Notes under the pieces: generated by a model
What the model was told of the DNA's origin: nothing
Databases searched by the model: none
The model's input: the letters and a program-made list of their open reading frames with translations, nothing else
Translations under genes and position numbers: made by a program
Origin: Pelomyxa schiedti
Taxonomy: Eukaryota > Protista > Evosea
DNA: 39,319 nucleotides
Assembly (NCBI GenBank): GCA_020536535.1
Contig: JAHLWZ010000495.1
Coordinates: 1 to 39,319 of the forward strand
Reading direction: 5' to 3'
Shown here: piece by piece, positions 8,806 through 21,680 of the stretch
Position numbering within the stretch: position 1 is the stretch's first letter
Layout: each line of letters begins with the position of its first letter

Positions 8806-11800
8806 TTAGACCAAGTTTGTTTCACTAGTAGTGTTGGGTGGGGTAGTTGTTACAGTTGAAGTAGTTGTTGCAGTAGTTGTGGTAGATGTGGATGATGGGA
8901 GAGATGTGACTTGTGAGGAGACCGCGGGGGCAGTTGGGGGCGAGATTGAGGCAGCCTTTTGTTGTGATTCTGCAGTGAGAATATCGAGGCATTCTTGGAA
9001 GGTGGGTCTGACGGCGGGATCTACAGCCCAGCACCTCAGAATCAACTGAGAGACCCTGGGAGGGAACAGGTCCGGTATGGGCCCAAGGTTTCCTCTTTAT
9101 ATTGGTTGGTGTGGAGATTGATTATGGGAAGAGGGAGGAGAGTAAAGGAGCTCAAACGTGGCTTTTATGGCGTCGATGTCCCATGCCGGTCTTCCTCCAA
9201 GAAGGCGCTTTCCTGTCATCAGCTCCCATAATATTATTCCAAAACTGATGAAGAGGTGAGTAAAGTAAACATGTAAGGGACGGTGGGTTGGGTGCTATGT
9301 GGAGCGTCAAGGTAAATTGATTGCGGGTAAATATATGTGAATTGATAATAGGAAATGAACCTGAAGCAATCCACTTTGAAAGTGTGATGTGCTTGGTCTT
9401 GTTCAAGGGCACTGTAAGCTCGGGTACCTTGCTTGCTGGTGACTGTTTGATTATCCTTGGATACGGGCCGGCTGGTTGCACAAAGTTAAGTCCTTAACAC
9501 TCACCTTAAATAGGCAACCTCAGTCCGAAATCTGCAATCTGCCGGAAATAAGAGCCACAAGGTGTTGAAGAGGGAAATTACTTTGACGTGCCAATTTTTG
9601 GCATCAGCAACCAGGATATCTGTAGTACAATATTTAGGAGAATTTGGCGAAACAACATAAACTCACTTTCAGGCTATTGGTTGTTTACGTGAGTAATAAG
9701 GGTAGAAAAAAAGGATTATATACCTTGAGATCGCGGTGGATAATTGACATGGAGTGGAGGTGTTGCATCCCAGAACATATCTTTGTAATAGTTACTTCAG
9801 TTGAAGTTAACTGCGTAGTTGAATGATTCCACAAACCCCAGAAGAGATCGCAAAAACAACAGAGAACGATGGTATGTAAGATTCTTTGAAGATGTGATGA
9901 TGCAGCGGGCCATCAGTAATAAACTCACAAATCATATCTCAAATGTATTTGTCATAGAAGAACAGCTAAAGTGCACTCACAAACTCCATCATTTAGGCAA
10001 CAAATTCCTAGGAAATCAACGATATTTGGATGATGAAGCTTTCTGGATATGAGCATCTCTCGTAAAAACTGTGAGCGAGCTTGCATTTCAGCTTGTGGTA
10101 GCAGTCTGAAATACGAAAGTTAGAACTAGAAAAATTCTAGAGATTGACCGTTTTGCTGCAATCTCTTTATGTTTAAGGAACTTTCCACGGAATACTGACC
10201 CAAACCCTATTGGCAACAGATTTAGTAAGATTGATCATGAGGATTGCTTTTACCTCCACGCCCTATCTAATATCAAATTAGTCATTTGAAAAACGAGATG
10301 AAAAATACTTCTTCAGTCAACTCTATCTGTGATTCCATTATTTCACAATTTTGTACTTTGAGTTCACTTGCACGACCCAAAACTTCATGTGCTTGGGCAA
10401 GCTCTTCGACAATCATTCCTCCATCAAAGGCCCAACCAGTAGCATGGGCCAGATTGCTCAGAATAAGGGTTTTTGTGGGTGATACAGAAACCCTAATAGT
10501 GGTTTCATCGACTCTGTTTGCATTTGAGCGTTATATGTGCTTTCTTGGCTTCGTACTGCTTAAGTTTCGACGATGGAGAAAGCATAACCCCCAGGAGGAA
10601 CTTGGACATGTCTGCTGTGCAAATACGAAAGCCAATTTCGTCGAGGATAATGAAAACCTGAGTCCATGTTAAAAAGTTGAGACATATATAATACCTTTTT
10701 CCATTTTCTGTTGATGACATCTGACTTAAAATCGGCGGTACCAACCCCTGTACGTTTGGATTGTATAAAAGACAACAAAAAGGAACTTTCTGTGATAACT
10801 ATAAGGGTTGCCACCACGTCAAGCAGATGAAACCTGGGTATGCCTCATAAGGATCAAATTTCTTGTCCTTTGATCCGTCAGATCCAATATCCTGGTTTTC
10901 AAGATTTCGTTCTGACACTGAAGTACATCAGGTGGAATTTGGAAATATCTCTCACTTACAAGAGTCGTCACTAAGGAGTGATGCACGTAATTCTATTTGT
11001 GTATCGTTCTGGCCTTTGTTGTGCAGTTCAGCGTACTGTGTATTGAATCCAGTTCCACCTGCCACCCTTTGGGACGTCACATACCTAACAGCAAGAGCAA
11101 GTCCTACAACAACAGCTATTACAGCACCACCACAGCAGACAGAAATAGCAATAATAGCACCCGTTGAAAGAGGAACCTCCTCAGAACTCGATTCAGGCAG
11201 GGGACCTACATACAGGTCGTCAGATTAACATGGTTGCCCTAAGGGTCATACAAAGATAAGTGTGATTTAGTTGACACTTCACAGTGGAAAACCAAGAATC
11301 CTTAGTACAATCCTGGCAATTCCGGTCCCAACAACTACTTGAATGTACGGCTTCACCCTCAGTACTACAGTATAATACCCCGCTTGAGAAGCAAACCGCA
11401 TCAGCTGTCAAAGTAATTAGATAAGGATACAGAAGGCACTTGGGATCGTCTGTATATATGTCCTCTGGGTGTTGTTAGGGCTTAAAGGAGGACAATAACA
11501 CTCACCAACCCATCCAGTAGGAGGATTATGTGGAATTCCCCAGTTATCTTCACAAGTCACTGAATAATACCACCTTATTCTCACTATAAAATTGGGAAAC
11601 AAAAGAAACTGGTATGAAGTGAAGGTGAAAGTGTATTTATTTGTAAGAAAAATGTTAATTTACGAACCCGCTCCATTCTAGACATCCATCCGAGGGTTCA
11701 CACCCACCAGGGTATGTAGGAATGCATACATGCGCATAGGGACTAGTACAATCTCCATAATTTAGTATCAGTGGTTGGTAATCGTTAGAGGGTAAAAATA

Positions 11801-12142
11801 CAAAAAAAAAAAAAAAAAAAAAAGTTGTGCTGGTTACTGCAGGAACCAAAAACAGGATCATTACGTACTGCCATAGTCGAACCAATTTATGAAGCCGAAG
11901 GTGCTGTTTGGCCACCAGAACGAAGAGTCTGACGAAAACGACGACGAGGACGACGAAGACGACTCAAAGGACGCAGCGGTTCTCCTCGCTATCTCAGCGT
12001 ACGCCAATTTTGTGCGCTCCAGAGGCACCGGGGACCCAGGGGGCCGAATTGTGGGAAGGTCCCATGGCCTCCCCGCACTTTGGCTCGACACAAGAGCCAA
12101 CGACAGCAGCAAGAAGAAAGCTCTGGTGGCAAAACGGCCCAT
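8806..12142 (-). CDS. Receptor-type tyrosine-kinase-like (TKL) protein kinase
   Basis: Signal peptide MGRFATRAFFLLLSLALVSSQS, Cys-rich ectodomain, TM segment GAIIAISVCCGGAVIAVVGLALAV. Spliced kinase motifs: IGRGG|GFGSVFRG, EIAAKR, FLREM..LHHPNIV, IIHRDLK (9724-9738), IADFGL, FGIILWELMTGK, LILRCWAVDPAVRPTF. Thr-rich tail, stop 8806-8808. Some ectodomain splice sites are uncertain. Confidence 0.88.
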
Positions 12143-12369
12143 CTGCTTTTTCTATTGATGGTGGCGGTTGGGTTTTTTTCGAGATCAGAAGAAAAACGGG
12201 CGTTCATGGAAATCTAAGTCCAGGGAACTTCAACCCACTCTGGTTCACTCTCTGATAAGCACGTACCCTCACGAGCAAGTGAGAATGAAGCTGGTGCCAT
12301 ATTCACTTGAGTAACCCCAGGTGGCAGTCTTTTGAGAAACAGGATACCGAGAAAAACGCAGTAACCAAA

Positions 12370-15300
12370 ATGTCAGGAAGCAGCGGTGAGGCACCGCCGC
12401 AGAATTCAGCGACGCCCAGCCGCCACTCGCACCACCACGGCAGCAACCCCAAGCACCCCACATCCGCCGCCACCGGGGGCACCACCCCCATGCCCCGGGA
12501 GGCCCCGCCCACCACCTCGCCCAGGGCCCACCCCCACCACTCCTCCCACCCCTCCCAGATGGCGTCCGCCTCTGTGCCCTCGCCTAAGCCCCCGAAGCAC
12601 TCGTCCGCAGCAACAACAACCACCACCACCACTACCACAACTTCCACGTACGGGGACAACGACCCCGTGGTTTCTAAGCACCGCGGGAGCAGCAAGGATG
12701 ACACGGGGCTAGGAGGCGGCGGTGGTCTCAGCGCCCCAGTGGTCACCAGGCCCCGCTCCAGGTCCTCCTCTTCCATCTCCATAGTGCAGCAGCAGCCGCC
12801 GCAGCAGCAGACCCCCGACGCCGCCGCGGCGGCCACACGCACGAGCCGCTCCAGGAACGACCCCGACGGCGGCGGGAGCGGCAGCGGCAGCGGGCGTGTC
12901 ACCCCCGCCCAAGTCGAGCCCCACTCGCGGCGCGCCTCCTCGTACGTCGGCGCCGCGCAGCCCTACCCCCCGCCGGCCCAGAAGCCCCCGCCGCCGTCCG
13001 GCTCCGGCTCCGGCTCCAGCTCCACGCCGTACCCGGCGCCCCCTTCTGCGCCGGCCACGCAGTCGACTCCCAGTCAGAAGGTGGGGGCGCAGTATCCGCC
13101 TCCGCCGGCGTCGTCGCAGCCTGCCACGGCGTCAAAGGCGGCGTCCGGGGCGTACCCTGCGCCCCCGGAGCCGAAGCCTGGTTCCGCTGCTGCGAATGCG
13201 CCGGGGAGGTCTTCTGCCCAGTACCCGACGCCTCTGGTGGTTGCTGCCCGAGAGCCTGCGCAGAGCACGCCGACGCAGTCGGACCACGCGCTGTCTCGCT
13301 CTGAATCGGATTGCACTATCACTAGCAGGCTATCTATGAGTGTTAGCACCCCGAGCAGTTTGCACGACGGCGGCGGGAGTGCAAGTGATGGGAGAAAGTT
13401 GTTTGGGTCTCCCTTGGACCGAGCTGTGCAACAGTTGGTGCAACCGGGGAATCCTAATCAGTACCCTCCTCCACCACCACAGACTAAATTGCTGCCAGTA
13501 CCTTATATAGTGACTCAGTGTGCAAATTTCCTCACAGCCTGTGGTATGGCTTCCAAATAAATGTTATATCCCCAAAGAGCTTTGGTTAAATATGTGAATA
13601 TATGCATAAAAACAACAACCGTCCACCCAACGTCATTTTCTGCCAGTGTGTCGGTCTCATTGTTGGCTTTTCTAGCAAAAACGGCAGACGGTGTTTTTGT
13701 GCTTGCTGTTAGCAAAGATCGTGTGAAAGAGTTCAGGGAGCTCTTTGAAACAGGTGTGAGCCATTTGTGCTGTCTTGTTTTTTTAATCTCTTATATCCAT
13801 TCTCTGCAGCATTTGTGGAAGGCCGAGATGTCACCTTCCCACCAAACACAGACTACCATGTTGTAGGAGGCCTATTAAAATTGTACCTTTTCACTTTGCC
13901 AGTTCCACTTTTGTCAATGGGACCCGACGGCCTCAACCCCTTTTACAAAGCAGCAGGTTACCCTTTCCCTCTTTGTCACCCATTTGACAAACTAGAATTC
14001 CAGAGTCTGAAGATAATTCCACCTGTCATGTGATGATTATCAAATACCTGGAGACGTTTCCACCTGCAGCCAAAAGTCTTTTACAAGTTATTATTCCACT
14101 GATCCGCACCTTGATAACCAACTGTCCCCAAAACCGTCCAAGGTACATTCCTTACTGAATACAATATTTAACTAGTTATGAGTAAAGGGTGTCACAATTA
14201 ACTCATGTTTTCGCCACTGTGCTGGGCAACCCAAAAACACCTGAAGCAACAACACAAGTAAGAAAAGTTGTTGGAATTCTGTTACGGTTCAAGTTGGAAC
14301 TTCCTTTACATTAGTTTACATTCAAAAGGCATGGACTACATCTTCAAGTGTCACCTGCCGAAGATAAAAAGGACACTAAAGCTGACCCTAAATCAGCTAT
14401 TCCAACCAAACAACCAAGCGATTTATCCAGAGAAGAGCTACTTGAAGTATCCACCAGTTCGTCTTTGTACTTTTTCATAATTATGAAAACAGAGACTCTT
14501 TAAAGCCGAATCTAAAATTCAAGAGTTACAATGCCAGATGAAAGACCTTGAGGTATTAATACTAACTTAAGTTCTCGTATTTCACCAGTTTCAAGTCAGA
14601 AAATACTCGGCTCAAGCAAGATTTGCAAAGCAAGTATGCTCTGATTGTCACTTCGCAAAATGACATGTTTCAGGGAATCTGATGCTCAAGAAATGCTAGG
14701 GTACATTCGAACCCTCCAAAACCAGACTTCCAAAGAAAGCTCAGATGGAACACACTCTACTGCATCGCAACCGGCTGATCTCAGCACACATGCAGCTAGT
14801 AAACCTTCTAAGGAGGAACTACCTCCAAAATCTTCACTGGCACCAGAGAAAGGAGAGTCAGGGCCACGAGTATTCCTTTCCCTTTAAGAGGCACTTCTTA
14901 TTTTGCACAGAAAAGATCTCTGAGCTTTTCAGCCTTACCTCTGAGCAGGACAAAGAGTACATCCTCAATCGACACCCGGAGTGCTTCCTCATCAGTTTCA
15001 ATGCCAACCAGTGAACTGCCTACACTACCCACACTTCATATCAATAGTATGAATCTCTTCCAAACCGCAATGGTGGCAGTAACCTTCTCCTATTTTAGTC
15101 ATAGGGGCACATAACTTACCTGCTGTTGATACGAATGGGTTTTCAGATCCCTATGTTATATTGAAAGTGTCTGACTGGCAGTATAAATCCAAGACCATCA
15201 AAAAGGTCAAACTTTTATTGAGACTTTTCTCCTTACCTAAAATTAGTCACTAAATCCAGTTTGGAATGAAGTTACCTCCCTGTACAATCACTTACACTTC

Positions 15301-18190
15301 TATTTCTATCTTGACAATTTACCCTAGGTTTAATGCCCATCCACAAGATGTCTTACTAGTTGAAGGTTTCCTTTTCACTTGTTTCCTGTTCCAACAACTA
15401 TCCAGTTTGGGATTGGAATGCTATTGAGAGCTCAACTTTCCTTGGTGTTGTTGAAATTCCTTTAGTAACTTTGATGTGAGCTCTTTTATTGCATTTTTGT
15501 GGTCTGACCAATCCAATAGTGATGGAAAACCACGTGAATGTAGATACGTTCTAGAGTCAAACAGTAGCAAAAAAGCTGCAGGAGATATTCACCTAATTTT
15601 GCAACTGATTCCTTATGGTATGTATTATGAATAAACAATCTCCCTGCCGTCATTGCTTATTCCACTGTAGGGGTCAACCCAGATCTCCATCCAGGCTCAA
15701 TTTCGAACTTAAGGCCTCTTGTTCACATTGGAAATGGACAGTTGCGACTTGAAGGTGATCCTTCCTATTCTCTTTTTCTTTTCTTTTTGTTCATCAAAAG
15801 TATCCAGTACTTGAAGCTGCTGAGTTGAAGGTTGGTTGTCTTTGAGCCGAGAAAGTTTAACAAATCTTAGAGCAACAGAGATGTGTACTGTGTTGGACGT
15901 GTAGGAGCACAAGAAGCTCAGTCTCAACTAAATGACTCTGATAATCCTCCAGCATGGAAGACCACCTTTTATTTGTAAGCTCACACTATATCGAAAAAGT
16001 GTAACAAAGACTAGTGAGGTTACTGATGCTACCAAAGCGAGTCTCGAAATCTGGAAATGGGTATGTTACTATTTTCTTCTGTGAGGATTGAGGAATACAA
16101 AAGAATAAAGTGAAATCCAAGCGGGCTCTTGGCCAAATTTCTATTACAATCAGAGAATTGGTTCCTGATACAGTAAAGGAGCAATGGACAGAGCTGGCAC
16201 CAATGAAAGCCGGCAAAAAAGCTAAGGGTGCTGTTCATTTCACATCACTTTACATCCCAGAAGCAGTACGTGTCCACTTATCAGTTGACTTTTTCCAAAA
16301 CCCAAAAGAACATCCCACCCAGCCAAATTTCGTTTGGTGAATTTTTCAAAGCTGACACCGAAAATTGGTCCACTTCCAGACAGCAACGAGAAAAGTGGAT
16401 TGAAGATGTAATAAGTTTAAATACCTGCATTTTCATGAACCAAGAACATAGGTTAAACCAGTGGTACCCCCTGTTTTTGATTTAGTGTGTCAGACCCAAG
16501 GAAACTCGCCACTCTTCTACTGAAATTCTAATAGCTCTACAGGTTTCCACGTTGAAGATGGAAAAACATCTGTTTCTTCCTTCCTTCCTGTGCAGACTGA
16601 GCCATTCAACGCAAAAGCAACCTTTCTATATTATTCACATCATATGCTGGGAAATGGTTGGACGAACACTTAATACGGCGTGTTGAATGACTAATGGAAA
16701 CAAATAGATCACTCTCTGTTTTTTTCCGACCCCACTCAGGATCCTATTGTTGTAGCTATTGCGGCACCTGCTGAAGGGTATAGGAAAGTTCTTGTCATGA
16801 CAAAAAAAGAGGATCGCCGCTTCATAGTACCTGATATACAAGGATATTTGCGAGCAATAAAAGCTGCCTGTCCAGCCCTTGACGGCATCAAATTGAACCA
16901 AATCACGTATTCCTCAGTTGTATTGAGATTATCTTAAAATCTCCCAAGAATACCAGGGATGTCAGAAAAAATATCTGAAATCGAGAGGAAGCTAATAGTG
17001 AGAAGGCACAAACTTGGAGTTTTGTGTGCCTTCGTGTTGTTCTAATTCACCGTTAAACCAATTGAAAGGTACGCTAAAGCAGGTCAAAAAGAGGAAAAAG
17101 CATTCCTGCACAACAGTATGCCACCATAATAAACTGAGAGATGTCTCACTTTCCCAGTTGACACAAGTCCTGAATTTGAACACTTCCTCGAACTTTTAGG
17201 GGACAAGATAGAGCTGAAGGACTGGAAACATTACCGTGCTGGGCTAGACATTAAAAGTTCTCTTAAAAACACATCCCAGTTTTAATACCTGCTTCCAGGT
17301 GGAGTGCACGGGACCCACAGTATTTACACCACATTGCATGATTTGGAAATAATGTTTCATGTGCCACTCCAAACTCTTTTTTTTTTTCGAAAAGTAACAT
17401 TGAAATTAGGTTTGTACACTTATGCCGTACAGAGACGACGATCCCCAGCAGGTTAGAGTTCTCTATCAATGACACCAATTCTTTTGATTTTTGAATGCCC
17501 ACAGATAGAACGCAAGAAACATATCGGCAATGACGTCGTAAGCCTCCCTCCCACTTGGTTAATGAACACCGCTTTTATTTTTACCATCGATTTTTTTATA
17601 GGTGGTGCTTATTTTTAAGGAACGGTCAGGGCCAGATGATGTGATTGACCTCAGCACATTTGTGTCACAATTCAATCGTTGAGTCCCGCACTTTCTTCCC
17701 GGTTTGTTGTAACATGCCACTTAGATGTTTTCTTCTGCGTTTCACCTGTAATACCATCCGATTTTCCCACCACAACATCCAAGACAGCAACCACCTCATC
17801 CAAGACACCGATCACCACATCCAAGACGCCAACCACTATCACAACATCTTCATCCACATGTCAATACCGTGTAAGTATAGCACACAAGCCAGCAGTCTCC
17901 GCCTATCCTCCACAACTCTCTCCAACTTCACCCCCTGCAATATACGAGCACGGTCCTGAATTTAGTCACTTCCTGCTGACCAAATGTAAGTGACAGTCTC
18001 TGTAATTTTCCACACTCATATACTGGCAGTAATCAACTCTGAGAGAGCCGCAATGGAATCACCCCACTTTTTTGGGAACCTTGTAAAAACCAGGAGAATG
18101 CTGGTTCCTCTTCCCCCATCTATTTATTTGCACTTATATTCCAAAACGGCATAGCTTTCCGATGTAATTGCTGAGGCAAACAATTCATAA
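12370..18190 (+). CDS. Multidomain GTPase regulator: Pro/Ser-rich N-terminus - RhoGAP-like - coiled coil - C2 - C2 - Rap/Ran-GAP
   Basis: ATG 12370. RhoGAP-like VPYIVTQC..DGVFVL..HVVGGLLKLYLFTLPVPLL. C2 motifs IGAHNLPAVDTNGFSDPYV..KSKTIKK|SLNPVWNE..WDWN..FLG. Second C2 NPPAW..LGQISITIRELV. RapGAP motifs FLELLGDKIELKDWKHYRAGLD, EIMFHV, RKKHIGND, LINSERAA..KTRRML. The RhoGAP-to-C2 and last-exon junctions splice in frame; stop 18188-18190. Confidence 0.85.
17775..17842 (+). repeat. Coding imperfect 21-nt tandem repeat (SKTATTS/SKTPITT/SKTPTT) within the RapGAP region
   Basis: The CCAAGAC unit recurs at 21-nt spacing three times. Confidence 0.75.
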
Positions 18191-18478
18191 AACTCAAATG
18201 CACCCCCAGAGCGCCAAAGGGAAGTGAAACACCTTTGTACTACACAACCGTTTTGTCCTGTGGCCACCGGAAAATAAATATCTCGTATCTCATATCTCCT
18301 TTCTTCCTACAACCACTACTGATTGACCTACGAAGTCTCGGTTGTAGTCTACAGTCCAGTAAACACTCCATTCACAGCAAACATGTTGTGCTGAGACGAA
18401 ACAAAGGTTGTCGTTTCCTTTTTGTTTTCAGGAGAAAAGGTTCGTTGAAGAGGAAATTAAAAAAAAAAAAAAAGGAAG

Positions 18479-21400
18479 ATGAGTACAGCGGAAGAGCGAC
18501 TCAAGAAGCTACAGCAGGATCTGGACGAGCAGTTGGCCAAAGTAATAATATGACAGAGTTAACGTGCATGCTACTGTCGTCTGTCTTTCTGTTCGTGCTT
18601 GGGTTTTTTTTTTTTTTTTTTGGATGTGTATAGGTTGGTTTGGTTCTTATTATAACGAGTGAGGCAAGGAAGAGGCGGAGAGAAAGAGGAGGCAGGAACA
18701 ACTTGCGGCGAGAAAGGCTGCTCTTGCCAGCATGGGGGCTTTATCTAATGACCCCTCGATGCTCACTCCATCAGTGAGAGCTAGGCCTGTGTCACCTCCG
18801 TCTCTGACCTCCACAGTGCCTGTCACTAGCAGTGTGTCTGGAATTTCCTCTGTGTCTGGCATTTCTTCCATTTCTGGGACAACTTCATCATACTTGGGAA
18901 GTTCAGTGTTAGGCACAACTCCTGCTTATCCAATCTCTGACCCCAGTGTGCAATTTCCCTCCAAGGGATTTTTTTTCCACACGTAATGTAGCAAACAGAA
19001 TCAACTGCTCTTGCGACTGATGCTATATCCAACATCGAGAGACGCAGAAAGGAACGTGAAGAGAGAGCAAAAAGGTTGATGCCTATTGATAAATTATTCT
19101 CATAATCTTACAGACTTATTGACGAAGAACTTGAAAGAGCAAAGGTGGAGAAAGAAGTTGCTTTACGTAATGCTCAACGGCACAACTTTCTTGCAAAACA
19201 AGCTGAAGAAGCGGCTGCAGCTGCAGCGGCTGCAAAAGCCAAGGCTGCAGCAGAAGCTGGTATAATATAACAATATGTAAAATCTCACCGGTCAATTACC
19301 CCCCACAGTCACCACAGCTGCTGCCCAAAAAGCGAAAGCAGAAGCAGAAGCAGCTGCTATCGAGGCAGCAGCACGCCAAAAGGAGGAAGACTTGATAAAA
19401 GAACGAGAAAGACTAAAAAGAGAAAAAGAAGAAGAAGAGGCGAGAAAGGTTAAAGAAGCCGCAGATGCAAGGCGGAAAGCCGAGCTAGAAGAAGAGCAAC
19501 GAGTGCAAGCTGTTGCTGCAGCTGCTCAGAAAGCTCGGGAGGAGGAAGAGGCTAGGCTAGAAAGGGAAAGAGAAAGGGAAAAGGAAGAGAAAGCCAGAGC
19601 TAAGGCAGAAGAAGAGGCTAGGATTAAGGCAGAGGCCGCTGCCAAGGCCAAAGCTGCAGAAGAGGCGGCAAAGGTTTGCTCCTGCCTTGCCTTTTACCAA
19701 AATTTTTTACTTTTTCTAGGCACTGACACCACAGCAAAAAATTGAACTTCTTCAAAAAGAGAAAGAAACTATTGAGGTCCAAATCGAGGAATCTGTGAAA
19801 ACCAAAAAGCATGCCTTCAATAACTCAATGATGACCTAATGTAGTGCAGGGAAGGAGAACAACGCCAGTTGCAATTAAAAGAGGAATACAATGAATTGAA
19901 ACTTAAAGTTGATGACATGAAATTTCGTCTTACTGTCTATGAACAACGAGAAAGACAAAAGCCAAAACTGCCAGCTACTGAAGCAGAAACCGTGGTAGAA
20001 GAGAGACCTGTTGAAGATCCAGCTTGGCTCTCAAGTAAATCAACTTACCCTTTGCGCAAGCCAATTATGTAACAGAGCCACTGAGCCCTGGGGATTCCGC
20101 TATTGCACAGTTTACCCAATTTGACTACTACTCTTGTGAGGTTGTATCTGACCTGGGTGGTGGTAAACTTGAAGTACGCTCAGAGGAAACGAGCGACAGT
20201 GAAGTTGATCGGAAAACAACCTATCCACCCTTTCAACAGGTGGTATTTCCTTGTTATTTAATTCATCTTAACGGGGTAATAGATATATTCCAGATACCAG
20301 GAGCACCTCTCCTCTGCAACCACTGCAAGGGTTTCCCAAGAAGAACAAGAACGTCTGCTTCAACAAAGAATCCAAGAAAAACTCGACACCCTCACAAGAC
20401 TCAAAAAAGAACGAGAAGGTAAGGAATTACCTTTTTTCTCTATGTGCGAACATAGTAATCGCTCTCAGACCTTAAGATCAAATATGGACTTGACCTACGA
20501 AAACTTGTTCGGATACCTGATCGCAGTACAGTGCAGCACTTCATGCAGTGCAATCTAGCATGTGACGCAAACGTGTCACATGATGTAAGCTTCCAACCCT
20601 CATACGTTATTCAACCAAAACACATGCACAGATTATACCCACCACAGTCAACGACATTTGGAGTTTGCAGAGGACATGCGACCAGAGGGAGTGGTGGCCT
20701 ATGCACACAAGCAAGGACCACCCACCAACAGGGCCTCTTGAACTTACACTCACACATAACTCCAAGCTATTCAAATTTTTCTTCAATGAATATGAGGACT
20801 TTTGTGTGAGTATCAAACTCTTCACCTTTTTGCGCTAAAATCCTTCAGGTGACACTTGTACGTAACTACAGGCAAGTGGATCTCCAAACAAAGTTTGCAT
20901 ACATGCTTGATGCCTTCAAAGAGGTCTATGTTTACGTAGGAAAAGAAGCCCCACAACAGCTACAGCAACAAGCTTTACTAGCTACATTCGTATGTCCCTG
21001 AAACACGTGTACTTAACACTTAATTTCGGGGGAAAAAGGGTTACCTGAAATATGTAAAAGATGGCCGCTCACTAGATACAGCTGTAGTTATAATAAATGA
21101 GGGTTCCGAGTCGGAAGCTTTCAAGGCGTGGTTCCCTGACTGGAAAGCTCCGGTATTTCTTACCTTTATAACCAACTCCCTTTTACATAACTAACAAAAA
21201 CTGCAACACCCCTACAAGAAATGGGATACCTCCCGGCCCCCACAACAAACCAGAGGGCCAAAGGTACCACCCCCGACTGAGCCCCAGCCCCCAGCACAAC
21301 CTCCAACAACACCACCAGCACTGCAAGAAGTATTCACATACCAGCAACTACTGGAACGGGGCAAACTACCCCCCACCATTGACACCACACAACTTCACAA

Positions 21401-21512
21401 CTACCTCTCTGATGAGGAATTCACGGCAGTCTTTGGTGTGAACAAGACAACGTTCGCTAGGCTAGAGCCGTGGAAGCAAGCCAAAGCCAAAAAACTCAAG
21501 AAGTTGTTTTGA
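18479..21512 (+). CDS. Coiled-coil + gelsolin repeat + villin headpiece actin-binding protein
   Basis: MSTAEERLKKLQ start and long E/K/R/A coiled coils. Gelsolin-like segment KLFKFFFNEYEDFC|VTLVRNYRQVDL..YMLDAFKEVYVYVGKEA..INEGSESEAFKAWF. Headpiece NYLSDEEFTAVFGVNKTTFARLEPWKQAKAKKLKKLF, stop 21510-21512. Confidence 0.88.
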
Positions 21513-21680
21513 TTCAATCAATTGGGAACAGCAGGCTGCCGTCTCAGCTCTATTTTTGCCGGCTGGGCCGGTAAACATGTCAAAAATAGACATCATTTTT
21601 TGAGAGACGGAATACAAGGAAAATCAAAGCGAAAAAAAAAAGAGAAAAAAAGATCTACCCCGCAGCACATACACGTAACA

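Noticed and set aside
12303-13349. Multiple long overlapping ORFs on both strands
   Set aside because: These are shadow ORFs expected in GC-rich low-complexity coding sequence and show no motifs.
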